A stretch of DNA of 64,000 nt from Candidatus Wolfebacteria bacterium (lineage in GTDB: Bacteria > Patescibacteriota > Minisyncoccia > UBA6257 > UBA9933). This document shows, piece after piece, positions 8,599-18,774 of this stretch; the stretch's first letter is position 1; every line of letters begins with the position of its first letter. Where the stretch lies: contig JANLIR010000002.1 of the NCBI GenBank assembly GCA_024654025.1, forward strand, positions 101,639-165,638, in the 5' to 3' direction. The position numbers were made by a program, and so were the translations under genes. Below the pieces are notes generated by a model. That model was not told the origin of the DNA and ran no database searches. It saw only the letters and a program-made list of their open reading frames with translations.

Positions 8599-10098
8599 TT
8601 ATCCGCTCGAACTAGCAATACAAACGCTTAGCCGATTTTGCGCGTCTTGCAAATCATTTCTGAATTTATCGGTTTCCGTGTCCGCCGCCGCTCTGTTATC
8701 ACCGTCATATATTCGCCTTTGCATCTCTTCCGTATTGTACTTTGCCATAAATTCATTTGCTTTTTGCAAAACGCGTGTCAACGCCGCGGTTGTCTTAGCC
8801 GCGTTAATCTCCGCAATTAAAGCCTTTGCTTCGTTAGTTTTCGCAGTCAAATCGCTGATTTGATTCTTTAACAATTCAATACTCGATTGAAGAGCGGCGA
8901 TTTGCGCATCCGATACGGGCGGTTGGCAATTTTTAGTCTTTAAATTATTGAGAATTGCCAATTCCTGATTAGCATAATCAAGCGCCTTACTCTTGGCATT
9001 TAAAATATATTGCCACTCGTCATTTATTTTTTTAACAGAACCTAATATCTCTTGTTGCTGTTGTTTCAATTCGGCATCAACCAATCCCGACATTTCCGGC
9101 GGGTAATAACTTCCACCTCCACCACCACTTGACGAACCTTTCAAAGCCGAGAGTCCTTCCGTGAAAAGCCGGTTAATAACAGCGTTAACAAGAGCCGACA
9201 TCCAAGACTGAATATTCGCCGCCCATTCTATATCCGAAGTCATTCCTTTTGCCACAACCGCGCCAACAGTATCACCCGGAGTAACGATTTCTTCTTTTAA
9301 ACACTTTGCATTAGCCGTCTTCCTATTAACACATCCCTCATAAAGAAGAGTACTAAAACCACCGCTTTCATCATACGATTCATTTTCGCAAGCAACGAGT
9401 TCTGACTCGCTAACGTCTTCGTATTTAACGCATTTTTTCTGTCCCAAAAATCCTTTACCCGAAACCGCTTCGTTTGTTGCCGCCGTCACTTTCTTACTGG
9501 TTTCGATTTGAATTTGATCTTGAATCATTATCTGCTGTCCATAATAATTGTTTTGCGGCTGCCAAGCTTCGTTATAAGCAATCCATCCGCCTTTTTCAAA
9601 ATTAGTGTAAAAATCGTTGATATTTTTTACCACATCGTCTAATGTGCAGGAAATCTGGTCTCCAAACCTTTTCACTGGCAACAAACCAACTTTCACTTGC
9701 AAACTAAACGGAGAACAAAGCCGAGACGCCCCTACGTCTTTTATAACCTGATCAAAGGCGATATTACCGGCATCTTTTAAAAATCCGTTCCAATCAGTGA
9801 CGAATTTTGGCTTACCTCCGCCTTGAACCCATTTAACGGTTTGATCCACAACATAATCGATTATTCTTTTCGCAAGAATATCTCTAGCCACTTTACTCAT
9901 TTTTTCGTATAAAAAGTTATACGCTTCCTTCAAATAACCCCAGGCCTGTATCGCGTATTGAACAACCTGCATAGGCAAAAGCGCGAGAACCGCGTTTGCT
10001 TTTTTTTCAGTTTTCAAAAAAAGGCCGGGCAAAGCAAAGATCATTAAAAAGATCAAGAAACCCAATATTGCTTTTGTAATAATTCTATTCATTATCAA
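8599..10098 (-). CDS. Secreted/membrane-anchored coiled-coil protein, T4SS-associated
   Basis: N-terminal TM, Gly-run SSSGGGGGSYYPP, long C-terminal coiled coil. Confidence 0.4.
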   Translation of the reverse strand: MIMNRIITKAILGFLIFLMIFALPGLFLKTEKKANAVLALLPMQVVQYAIQAWGYLKEAYNFLYEKMSKVARDILAKRIIDYVVDQTVKWVQGGGKPKFVTDWNGFLKDAGNIAFDQVIKDVGASRLCSPFSLQVKVGLLPVKRFGDQISCTLDDVVKNINDFYTNFEKGGWIAYNEAWQPQNNYYGQQIMIQDQIQIETSKKVTAATNEAVSGKGFLGQKKCVKYEDVSESELVACENESYDESGGFSTLLYEGCVNRKTANAKCLKEEIVTPGDTVGAVVAKGMTSDIEWAANIQSWMSALVNAVINRLFTEGLSALKGSSSGGGGGSYYPPEMSGLVDAELKQQQQEILGSVKKINDEWQYILNAKSKALDYANQELAILNNLKTKNCQPPVSDAQIAALQSSIELLKNQISDLTAKTNEAKALIAEINAAKTTAALTRVLQKANEFMAKYNTEEMQRRIYDGDNRAAADTETDKFRNDLQDAQNRLSVCIASSSG

Positions 10099-10114
10099 TG
10101 GCGTTAAACTTCTG

Positions 10115-10981
10115 TTATCCGTTTAAATCTTGCGTTTTTTGAGCGTATTCTTTTTTAATATCGAGCTCTTCTTTTGCTATATCCGGGATTGATTGAAAAA
10201 AAATCTGAGCTTTCACAGGGTCATTCTGTAAATTAGCAATGCCTCGATAAATAAGACTGGCTTTTTTTAAAAAAAACAAATACTTCTTGTGTAGATTTTC
10301 ATAATCGGACGGGGTGGCTATTTTAGAAATTTCGTTATAGATATTTTCGTAAGTACTTGCTATTTTCTCCACATCAGAAGCGTCGCCTTTGTCTACCATT
10401 TTCCCCAGAGCTAAATCTGGCCGGCCATACGGACCGCTTAAATTTTTAAAAATAATTTCACTGACTGACTGCACATATTCTGATTTTTTTTCGTTAGAAT
10501 TATCCCCGCTTACAATAACATCGCCCGCGGGAATAGAAACCGTAAAAATTTTGGAATAATCCAATTTCGACAGAACATCATTAATCATTGTTTGAGTTTG
10601 AGGATTTTTAGGATCCAAGGCTCCATTAAAAGGACTTTTACCCGACTGATCTAAAGTTTTCATTTTTTCAAAAATTAACTGCCCCACCATTTCAGTCAAA
10701 TTTACGTTGCTATGTTGGGAGCTAGCCATCGTTTTATTACTCACTTCCGAATTATCTTTATTATTCCCAGAAGGAATTTCACTTCCATTTGAGGCTACTT
10801 TTTCAACCCATTTTATAGGCAATGACTCTGAAGTTTCGGCTCTTTGAAAAAACCCGCTATTATTAGCGCTCTTTCCCGCATCGCCCGAAAACAAAGAAAT
10901 AGGATTTTTTATAATAAAATAGGACAGCGCCAAGCCAGCGCCTAAAACCAAAACTATTACTGCAAGTTTAAGTCGGCTCAT
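10115..10981 (-). CDS. Membrane-anchored hypothetical protein; first gene of the T4SS-like operon
   Basis: N-terminal TM helix, Ser/Asn-rich. Confidence 0.4.
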   Translation of the reverse strand: MSRLKLAVIVLVLGAGLALSYFIIKNPISLFSGDAGKSANNSGFFQRAETSESLPIKWVEKVASNGSEIPSGNNKDNSEVSNKTMASSQHSNVNLTEMVGQLIFEKMKTLDQSGKSPFNGALDPKNPQTQTMINDVLSKLDYSKIFTVSIPAGDVIVSGDNSNEKKSEYVQSVSEIIFKNLSGPYGRPDLALGKMVDKGDASDVEKIASTYENIYNEISKIATPSDYENLHKKYLFFLKKASLIYRGIANLQNDPVKAQIFFQSIPDIAKEELDIKKEYAQKTQDLNG

Positions 10982-11019
10982 TTAGATATAATTTATTTAA
11001 TTATAGAGCTTTCACAATC

Positions 11020-11874
11020 TTAAAACAACGTGGATAAGTGCTTTATTTGCTCAAGAGACAAATTTTGCGGCCTATCCTGTGGGTTTATGCCAAACATCTG
11101 AAATTTTCCAATGATTTCTTCTTTTTTTAATTGAATTTTCTTATTCGTATAATTAGTATGCATTAGTATATTAGCATCGCGAAGATTATTTATTATCGTC
11201 TTTCTCGGCTGTTTAAATAAAACTTTTACAAATTTGTAGTATTTTTCCGCTTCTTCTGTTGTAAATTGTTGGCCTGCCCCGTAGGAAGCTTGCTTTCCTT
11301 CGGGGTTGTAAGTTGTTAGTCGGATTATCGCGCTGTCAACTTTTGGTATCGGCCTAAAATCATTTTTTGAAATATATTCTATTATTTTTGGTTCAGTCCA
11401 AAATTGCGTGATTGCCGCCAACAAATTCATTTGAGGTGGTTTTGCGCAAATTCTTTGCGCCACTTCTTTTTGAATTGTTAAAACTATCAGTAACGGTTTA
11501 TTTTCCAGTTCTGATAAAATCCTTAGCAAACTACCGGTTATATAATAAGGAATATTGCCTGTCAGCTTATAGTTATTAGTTGTTAGTTTAGAGTTATAAG
11601 TTAAATCCGTAAGGATTTTCAGCGCATCGCCCTCAATAATTTCAATATTATTGTTGTCTTTGAATTTTTCCCTCAAGCCATTCGCTAGTATTTTATCTTT
11701 CTCAATAGCAATTATTCTATTTTCTAATTTATTATTTCTAATTTCTGTTGTTAGCTCTCCGTGTCCCGGCCCAATTTCAACAACAACATCTCCTTTTTTT
11801 AATTCCAAGGCCTCAACAATTTTCTGTATTTTGTTTTTATTAACTAAAAAATGCTGACCTAATTTTCTTGACAT
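11020..11874 (-). CDS. rsmA: 16S rRNA (adenine1518/1519-N6)-dimethyltransferase
   Basis: N-terminal LGQHFL motif and SAM motif VVEIGPGHGELT. Confidence 0.85.
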   Translation of the reverse strand: MSRKLGQHFLVNKNKIQKIVEALELKKGDVVVEIGPGHGELTTEIRNNKLENRIIAIEKDKILANGLREKFKDNNNIEIIEGDALKILTDLTYNSKLTTNNYKLTGNIPYYITGSLLRILSELENKPLLIVLTIQKEVAQRICAKPPQMNLLAAITQFWTEPKIIEYISKNDFRPIPKVDSAIIRLTTYNPEGKQASYGAGQQFTTEEAEKYYKFVKVLFKQPRKTIINNLRDANILMHTNYTNKKIQLKKEEIIGKFQMFGINPQDRPQNLSLEQIKHLSTLF

Positions 11875-11902
11875 ATTTTTATATAAAAGACAGACGCTGG
11901 GA

Positions 11903-13450
11903 TTAACTGTTTAATTTTAAAAAGGAGTGGTAAAAATCCGAGTACAATTTAAAATAACGGTTCATCACGGGCATCATCAATCTCTCTACTGGAGAAAAAT
12001 TATCGGACAACACAACCCCGCCGTCATCTGAATAATTTCTCTCATCCGCAATATGGGATGCCAGCCACTGGCCGTTTTTGAGATTAATTAAATTGCTCTT
12101 TATTTTAGAAATATCTTGATGAAAATTTGAATTAATTCCGATTAAAACTACATTTTGAGGATAATAAGAAAGCTCTCCGGTAGTAAAAATATACATATTA
12201 GGAAAAGCCTCCCTAAAGGTTTTCAACATACTCCGGAAAAAAAGAGATTCTTTTCCTTTGGTGGGCGAAACAAAATTAACCGCGTATATTCCGTCTTCTG
12301 TTAATCTTGTTTTTGCCAAAAAAGCGAAATCCTTTGTTGTAAGATGCCAAGGAAGCGAAATAAAAGAATTAAACGCGTCTTCAAAAATTAAATCATACTT
12401 TTTGTCTTTCCCTTTAAGCGCAACGCGGCCGTCATTTCTTTCGGTGGTTATGCGATAATCTTTTAAATTAAAAAACTTTTCCGCTGCTTCTTTTACTTTT
12501 GAATCAATTTCAACAACCGTTACTTTCGAATCTTTGTAATAATCGGCAAAATATTTTGGCATTGAATATGACCCTCCCCCAATAACAAAAATCTCCTTTA
12601 AAGGATTTTTAAATGCGGAAAAAAGCGGATACATATCGGGATAACCGCCTAAAAATTTTCCCGATCGGCTTTCAATGCTATGAGCGTCAAAATCTAAAAA
12701 AAGAACTCTCACGTCGTCCATCCCTAAAACTCCATCAGCTACTTTGATAGAATAATAATTGCTTTCTTTTGAATAAAGCGTGTTTTGGGCCAAGCTCACC
12801 GAACTGACGGACAAAAACAAAACAATTAAAATCACTATTGCGAATAATATGGAAATTATTAACTGTATTTTAGATTTATAAAAAAATAAGGTAACGCACA
12901 TTAACAACAAAGCAACTCCCATAAGAGTCGCCCTACTGCCCAGATAGCCGATAAAGATAAAGCCGGTTATAAATGTTCCGGCGATACTGCCAAGCGACCA
13001 AAACGCCGACAACGTTCCGGCGCTAATCCCGAGACACTCAAATGAATTTGTATAATTTTTTAAAATAACGGGAGAAAGCGCTCCTAAAAAAATTGACGGT
13101 AAGAAAAAAAATAAAAAAGACATTAATAAAATAGTGACTGGAAGCGTCAAGGACCACGTTGTAAGTATTTCGCCAAAAGGAATAATGAACGGGATTATAA
13201 AAACACTGACAGACGCCAGCGCAAACACCAACCAGTTTAAATTCTTATAAACATACTTATCCGCCAAAAATCCGCCTAAATAATACCCCGCCGATAATCC
13301 CAAAAGTACAACCCCTATAACCGATGTCCATGTATACAAAGACGATCCCACATAAGGCGCGATAACGCGGCTGGCAGTAAGCTCAACCGTCATTAAAGAA
13401 AATCCCGCGACAAAAGAAGAGATTAAAAACAACGTTCTGTTTTTAGCCAT
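11903..13450 (-). CDS. Fused polytopic membrane domain / spermidine synthase-like (aminopropyltransferase fold) protein
   Basis: ~7 TM helices N-terminally; C-terminal VLVIGGGSYSMPKYF...VVEID Rossmann/SpeE-like motif. Confidence 0.6.
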   Translation of the reverse strand: MAKNRTLFLISSFVAGFSLMTVELTASRVIAPYVGSSLYTWTSVIGVVLLGLSAGYYLGGFLADKYVYKNLNWLVFALASVSVFIIPFIIPFGEILTTWSLTLPVTILLMSFLFFFLPSIFLGALSPVILKNYTNSFECLGISAGTLSAFWSLGSIAGTFITGFIFIGYLGSRATLMGVALLLMCVTLFFYKSKIQLIISILFAIVILIVLFLSVSSVSLAQNTLYSKESNYYSIKVADGVLGMDDVRVLFLDFDAHSIESRSGKFLGGYPDMYPLFSAFKNPLKEIFVIGGGSYSMPKYFADYYKDSKVTVVEIDSKVKEAAEKFFNLKDYRITTERNDGRVALKGKDKKYDLIFEDAFNSFISLPWHLTTKDFAFLAKTRLTEDGIYAVNFVSPTKGKESLFFRSMLKTFREAFPNMYIFTTGELSYYPQNVVLIGINSNFHQDISKIKSNLINLKNGQWLASHIADERNYSDDGGVVLSDNFSPVERLMMPVMNRYFKLYSDFYHSFLKLNS

Positions 13451-13483
13451 TAATTTTATAATACATTTTTTAAAAAATCGGCG

Positions 13484-15304
13484 CTAGTTAATTTCTATGT
13501 ATCTTTCTTCGTCGTCCAGCGGCTGGCCGCCGACAAATTCCACAAACTGCGGCGGGATTTCATAAAGAAACCTCGAGGGTAAATTATAAAAATTCAAATA
13601 AAGATCATTTCTCGCCCGAGTCATCGCCACATACATCAATCGCCTTTCTTCTTCTATCTCGTCGCCGCTTGAATAAGACATTTGATGAGGCAACAACCCT
13701 TCGTTACAGCCAATCACAAAAACTTCGTCAAACTCCAAACCTTTTGCCAAATGAACAGTCATTAAATTAACGTGGACATCCGCGGTTTGCGCCGAATCTT
13801 TATTATCCAAAGGCCCCAAAAGCGAAACTCTTTCTAAAAAATCTCCCAAACTTTTAAAATTGGCGGCGAAATTCATTAACTCTTCTATGTTCTCCCGCCG
13901 TTCTTTGAAATTCAGATAACTTCTTTCTAAATATCCGAAGTAATCGGATGTTTTGATAATATAGCCAATCACTTCAAGCGGAGAAACATTTTCTGATTTT
14001 TGAGGAAGGTTTTTTTTAAACTCCAAATATATCTTTTTGTTAAAGTTCTTTTCCAAGCGCTCCAAGCTGACGCTATCCTTGGGATTTAATCCGTATCTTA
14101 ATCCCGCGACAATGTCTTTAATTTCTTTTCTTTCATAAAACCTTAATCCGCCGAAAATCCGGTATTTAATTTCGTTTTCAATAAGCGCTTGCTCAATCGC
14201 CCGCGACTGGCTGTTTGTCCGGTAAAGTATTCCTACACTTTTAGGTTTATTATTGGAAAAATTCAATTTGGAATTTATAAGCGTCGCGACATAACTTGCT
14301 TCAAAATCGGAATTCTCATGTTCGATTATTTTTATTAACTCCCCGTCGCTGTTTTCAGTCCATAACGTTTTTGGCCGTTGATATTTATTATTCGCCACCA
14401 CCGCAGAAGCGGCTTTGATGATATTTCCGGTCGAGCGATAATTTTGTTCGAGTAAAACCACTTTCGCACCCGGCCAATCGCGGTCAAAATTCAAAAAATT
14501 CCTGAAATCGGAAAAACGGAATTTATATATTGACTGCTGATCATCGCCCACCACGCTGATATTATTATGGCTTTGCGCCAACAGCCGGACAAAATGATAC
14601 TGCGCCGTATTAATGTCTTGATATTCATCCACCAAAACATGTTTTATTTCTTTTTGGTATTTTTTAAAAACTTCTTCCTGCTCTCTAAATAACCGCACAA
14701 CTTTTTCTATCAAATCGTCAAAATCAAACGCGTTATTATTTTTAAGAGCCAATTCGTATTCATTAAAAAGAGCTTTTATAGTCATATCGTAGCTGTCTGC
14801 CGATTCTTCGGTTAAATCAACTAATTCGCTCTTTATCGCCGAAAATTTCCTCTGCATTTGAGGCGCGCTGTATTTTTTACTGTCAAGATTAAAATTTTTT
14901 ATAATTCCTTTAATAACCCGAAGCGAATCGTCACTGTCGTAAATGGTAAACCCGATTGTCCGGCCAAAAAATTTCCCGTCTTTTCTCAAAATTTTAGCTC
15001 CCAAAGAATGAAAGGTCCCGATGAACAAGTTTGTAAATTTATAAGTTTGTAAGTTTTCAGATTTAACCTTATCAACTTGTGAACTTATCAACTTATAAAT
15101 TCTATCCCGCATCTCGTCGGCCGCTTTATTGGTAAAAGTAATAGCAATTATACTCTGCGGTTCTGCTCCGTTTTTAAGCAAATTTAATAACCGGCTTGTT
15201 AGCGTTTTGGTTTTGCCTGATCCTGCTCCGGCAACTATCAAAAGCGGCCCATCTCCATATTCCACCGCCTCTTTTTGAAAAGGATTAAGATCTTTAAAGT
15301 TCAT
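13484..15304 (-). CDS. pcrA: UvrD/PcrA/Rep-family ATP-dependent DNA helicase
   Basis: Walker A AGAGSGKT; motif II VLVDEYQD. Confidence 0.8.
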   Translation of the reverse strand: MNFKDLNPFQKEAVEYGDGPLLIVAGAGSGKTKTLTSRLLNLLKNGAEPQSIIAITFTNKAADEMRDRIYKLISSQVDKVKSENLQTYKFTNLFIGTFHSLGAKILRKDGKFFGRTIGFTIYDSDDSLRVIKGIIKNFNLDSKKYSAPQMQRKFSAIKSELVDLTEESADSYDMTIKALFNEYELALKNNNAFDFDDLIEKVVRLFREQEEVFKKYQKEIKHVLVDEYQDINTAQYHFVRLLAQSHNNISVVGDDQQSIYKFRFSDFRNFLNFDRDWPGAKVVLLEQNYRSTGNIIKAASAVVANNKYQRPKTLWTENSDGELIKIIEHENSDFEASYVATLINSKLNFSNNKPKSVGILYRTNSQSRAIEQALIENEIKYRIFGGLRFYERKEIKDIVAGLRYGLNPKDSVSLERLEKNFNKKIYLEFKKNLPQKSENVSPLEVIGYIIKTSDYFGYLERSYLNFKERRENIEELMNFAANFKSLGDFLERVSLLGPLDNKDSAQTADVHVNLMTVHLAKGLEFDEVFVIGCNEGLLPHQMSYSSGDEIEEERRLMYVAMTRARNDLYLNFYNLPSRFLYEIPPQFVEFVGGQPLDDEERYIEIN

Positions 15305-15352
15305 AATTTAGCTATAAATACTAATTTTACTAATATACGAATTTAACACAAA

Positions 15353-15380
15353 ACAACCCTGCTTTACAGGGTTGTTTTTA
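15353..15380. terminator. Perfect hairpin aacaaccctg-cttta-cagggttgtt flanked by T/A runs (bidirectional terminator)
   Basis: seen in sequence. Confidence 0.5.
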
Positions 15381-15566
15381 AAAAAATTTCTTTTTTAATT
15401 ATTTTATAAATTTAAAGTTAGAAAGAAATCTATTAAAATCACCGCAATCGCCGAAAAACCTTTTGATTTATTCATATATTTATTCTTACTATTTAAATAT
15501 TAATATGATACGCCTTTGCAACTTTGTCTATGCTTTTTTCCTAAGTGTTATGCTAAATCATAACAC

Positions 15567-16022
15567 TTAGGAACGCACATAAACCGTTCCGTATTTGGTG
15601 CGAACTCGCCTTCCCTCTCGCCACTGTTTATACCGATCTTTATTTGAACCCGGCCCTTTGCTATACTTTTTCTTCTTTCGTTCTATTTTACTCCTCTCTT
15701 GATAGCTCCGGTAATGATTTTCCGTTATTGCTTTTTTAATACTGCTGATAGTTTGGAGTGAAAGAAAAAGATCATTGCTAATCTGCCTGTAACTTTTGCC
15801 GGAAATGAAACCTTTTAAAGCGGCGACTCGCATTACAAAATTATGACGCTCATAAGAAGTAGTAAGCAAATCCAGTATCTCTTCGGCTTTTGATATCTTT
15901 TTCCAGCACGCATCTTCCCATTCTTTACGTGACGAATAATTCTCGATTGGCGGTATAACCGCCAATATTTTATCGCTGATACTTTTATCAGCAAAATTAA
16001 CTTCTTTTTCTTTCTTGCCCAT
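15567..16022 (-). CDS. TrpR/YerC-like helix-turn-helix DNA-binding protein
   Basis: Segment ERHNFVMRVAALKGFISGKSYRQISNDLFLSLQTISSIKKAI resembles the TrpR/YerC HTH; basic C-terminal tail. Confidence 0.45.
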   Translation of the reverse strand: MGKKEKEVNFADKSISDKILAVIPPIENYSSRKEWEDACWKKISKAEEILDLLTTSYERHNFVMRVAALKGFISGKSYRQISNDLFLSLQTISSIKKAITENHYRSYQERSKIERKKKKYSKGPGSNKDRYKQWREGRRVRTKYGTVYVRS

Positions 16023-16208
16023 ATTTTACCTATAAATAATAATCATAATAACCGGCTTTATAAACAATAAACTTATTATACCACCGTCGGGCTGTTATGC
16101 TAAATCATAACACTAAAATTTTAATCATTAAATATAAAATAAATTCGGCCTAAGCTAACTGTTATGATATAGCATAACAGTTAATAAACTCGCCGTTATC
16201 TCAACTTT

Positions 16209-16240
16209 CTTAGTTAACTTAGTTAACTAAGTTAACTAAG
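16209..16240. promoter_or_regulatory. trp-operator-like palindromic array cttagttaacttagttaactaagttaactaag upstream of the TrpR/YerC-like gene
   Basis: Repeated AGTTAACT cores resemble the E. coli trp operator ACTAGTTAACTAGT. Confidence 0.4.
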
Positions 16241-16283
16241 AAATTATCGTTTTCAATACCAACATCCACGCTCCTCAACTCAC

Positions 16284-17816
16284 TCACTGCTCCCTGATCC
16301 TATACTGAAACGCTTCGGCCAAATGTCCGGAATTTACTTGTTCCGATTCTTCCAAATCAGCAATGGTTTGAGCGGTTTTTAAAACCCGGTAATACCCGCG
16401 CGCGGAAATAAAAGATTTTTCCAAAATATTTTTCAAAAAATTTTCGGCTTCGTCGTCAAATTCGATATTCTCATCAACTAATTTCGAGGACATTTCCGAA
16501 TTCAACGAAATTTTCAACCCCAGTTTTTCGAATCTCTTTTTTTGAATCGCCCTTATTTTTGTAATTTTCTCCCTTATTTTACGGCTGGAATTTTCTTCCT
16601 TCGGTTTTCGCAAATCTTCCACTTTCACCCTCGGAACTTCTATTTGAATATCGATTCTGTCCAAAAGCGGGCCGGAAATTTTTTTCTGGTAGCGAAAAAC
16701 TTCGTGCGCGCTGCAACGGCACGCCTTTTCATTGTCGCCAAAATATCCGCAGGGGCACGGATTCATCGCCGCTACCAGCGAAAATCTGGCTGGAAATTTC
16801 AAAACATTTTTTGCCCTTGAAATAAAAACATGGCCGTCTTCAAGCGGCTGGCGCAAAGACTCAAGAAGATCGCGGCGAAATTCCGGAATTTCATCCAAAA
16901 ATAAAACGCCCCTGTGCGCCAAGCTTATTTCTCCGGGTTTGGGATTCGAGCCTCCACCGATTATAGAAACCGGCGAAGCGCTATGATGCGGAGTGCGAAA
17001 CGGCCTGTTAACGATAATAAAACTATCTTTTAAAAATCCGGCGGCGCTGTAAATCCTGGTCACTTCTATAACTTCATCGATTGTTAAGGGTGGCAGAATT
17101 GAATTTAACGCTTGCGCCAGCATTGACTTGCCCGCGCCCGGAGAACCAACCATCAGCATATTGTGTCCGCCCGCGGCCGCAATCATTAACGCTCTCTTGG
17201 CGTTTTCCTGGCCCTTAATTTCCGAGATATCAACGCTTCCTTCAAACAAATCAAAATCCAGGTTTGTTTTTTCTTGAAACTTCATCGGTTTTCGCTCTTC
17301 CAAAAAATCTATCAGCTCAATGATATTTGAAACCGCAACTATTTTTATGCCGGCTATCAAAGCTGCTTCACGCGCGTTCGCTTTTGGCAAAAAAACGAAT
17401 TTGAATCCCAAATCTTTCGCCATTTGCGCGACAGAAAGCGCTCCACTTATCGGCCGGAGTCCTCCTTCAAGAGAAAGCTCACCGACAAAAATTTTATCGC
17501 TCGCGTCAAAATTTTTAATTTGATTAGTTGATAAAAGATAACCGAGCGCTATTGCCAAATCATATTGCGATCCGGTTTTTTTTATATCTGCCGGAGCCAG
17601 ATTTATCGTGATTCTTCTATTTTCTTGGTTAGGCGGTTTGATATTAGAATTTTTTAAAGCCGCGTTTACTCTTTCTTTTGCTTCGTTTAACGCTTTATCA
17701 GCCAAGCCCACAATATTAAAAGAGTGGAGACCGACATTTATGTCGGTCTCCACTTCGATTAACTTCGCTTCAATGCCTTCAAGTTCCGCCGAATAAATCC
17801 TTGAGAATGTAGTCAT
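16284..17816 (-). CDS. comM: YifB/ComM-family Mg-chelatase-like AAA+ ATPase
   Basis: N-terminal Lon-like domain; Walker A MLMVGSPGAGKSML; C-terminal ChlI-like region. Confidence 0.8.
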   Translation of the reverse strand: MTTFSRIYSAELEGIEAKLIEVETDINVGLHSFNIVGLADKALNEAKERVNAALKNSNIKPPNQENRRITINLAPADIKKTGSQYDLAIALGYLLSTNQIKNFDASDKIFVGELSLEGGLRPISGALSVAQMAKDLGFKFVFLPKANAREAALIAGIKIVAVSNIIELIDFLEERKPMKFQEKTNLDFDLFEGSVDISEIKGQENAKRALMIAAAGGHNMLMVGSPGAGKSMLAQALNSILPPLTIDEVIEVTRIYSAAGFLKDSFIIVNRPFRTPHHSASPVSIIGGGSNPKPGEISLAHRGVLFLDEIPEFRRDLLESLRQPLEDGHVFISRAKNVLKFPARFSLVAAMNPCPCGYFGDNEKACRCSAHEVFRYQKKISGPLLDRIDIQIEVPRVKVEDLRKPKEENSSRKIREKITKIRAIQKKRFEKLGLKISLNSEMSSKLVDENIEFDDEAENFLKNILEKSFISARGYYRVLKTAQTIADLEESEQVNSGHLAEAFQYRIREQ

Positions 17817-17884
17817 AAATCAACCCACGACCTACCACCAACAACTTACAACTATAAAAATAAATTTTCGTTGTCGGTTGTTTG

Positions 17885-18241
17885 TTATCGGTTGTTAGTT
17901 TTTTCCCGCGCTTTTTTCTTGCAATCCTGACAAAGTTTTGATTCTGGCGCTATTTTTAAAATCTTAGCGGAAATTTGCTTGCCGCATTTAGAACAAATTC
18001 CGTATTTGCCTTTTTTTATATTAACGAGAGACGAATCAATATCGGCCAGCCTCTCTTTTAGAGTATGGGCAGCGCTTTGTTGATTAACAAATTCTTCTTC
18101 TTGATCCGCTTCTTCTTCCATTGCCGCCCTGTCTATTCCTCTATCGGGCATAATATTGAGCCGTTTTATCTGCTCCTTAAGAAGGCTTCTTGTTTTCTCC
18201 AAAATCAGTTTAAAATAATTTAAAATATTTACAGGAAACAT
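17885..18241 (-). CDS. DksA/TraR-family C4 zinc-finger protein
   Basis: CSKCGKQIS...CQDCKK C4 motif after a coiled-coil-like N-terminus. Confidence 0.55.
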   Translation of the reverse strand: MFPVNILNYFKLILEKTRSLLKEQIKRLNIMPDRGIDRAAMEEEADQEEEFVNQQSAAHTLKERLADIDSSLVNIKKGKYGICSKCGKQISAKILKIAPESKLCQDCKKKAREKTNNR

Positions 18242-18272
18242 AATATTTTATGAAGTCTTATTTTATAGCGGA

Positions 18273-18680
18273 TTATTTAAAAATCAAAGGGCTTAAATAA
18301 TAGCCCAACACTCCAAAACCGGCCGCTAAAACAAAAATCCCCAAAATAATCAACAAAGTTTTCCAAACCGGTCTTTTTCCTGAATCCATTGCAACCTTCA
18401 CGCTCTCTATGTTCGACGAAGCCGGCTCAAAAGGTTTCACGTCCGGCTGGTTAGATTTTTGGCTCTGGGGAAAAATAAAATTATCAGACGGAGCGGCGAA
18501 TTTTGATATTTCAGTTTTTTCCCCGTTCTGTCTTGAAATATTTTCTTTCTCTCCTTTTATCCCTGTTGTTTCACCGCCGGTTTCTTTTAGCGCCCGAATG
18601 TCTCCTTCCATTGTTCTAATGTCGACTTCAAGCGACGGACTAGAAACGCTATCGCTTTGATTTTTATTTGTTTGCTCCAT
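18273..18680 (-). CDS. Hypothetical protein with C-terminal TM anchor
   Basis: Disordered N-terminus; C-terminal LLIILGIFVLAAGFGVLGYYL helix. Confidence 0.3.
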   Translation of the reverse strand: MEQTNKNQSDSVSSPSLEVDIRTMEGDIRALKETGGETTGIKGEKENISRQNGEKTEISKFAAPSDNFIFPQSQKSNQPDVKPFEPASSNIESVKVAMDSGKRPVWKTLLIILGIFVLAAGFGVLGYYLSPLIFK

Positions 18681-18774
18681 AATGGGTAATTATAACATCT
18701 TTCCCAAAACCACACAACGAAATAACCCAAAATAACCCCAAAAATAACTCTTGAAATCGTGTTATAATTAGCCA

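Noticed and set aside
11560-11600. Short tandem motifs (ttataagtt / gtaactygtaact) inside ksgA, uvrD (15035-15085) and ligA (45876-45905)
   Set aside because: They stay in frame and encode short T/L/K/Y-rich linker peptides. They look like slippage-prone low-complexity coding sequence rather than a discrete element, so I could not support a stronger claim.
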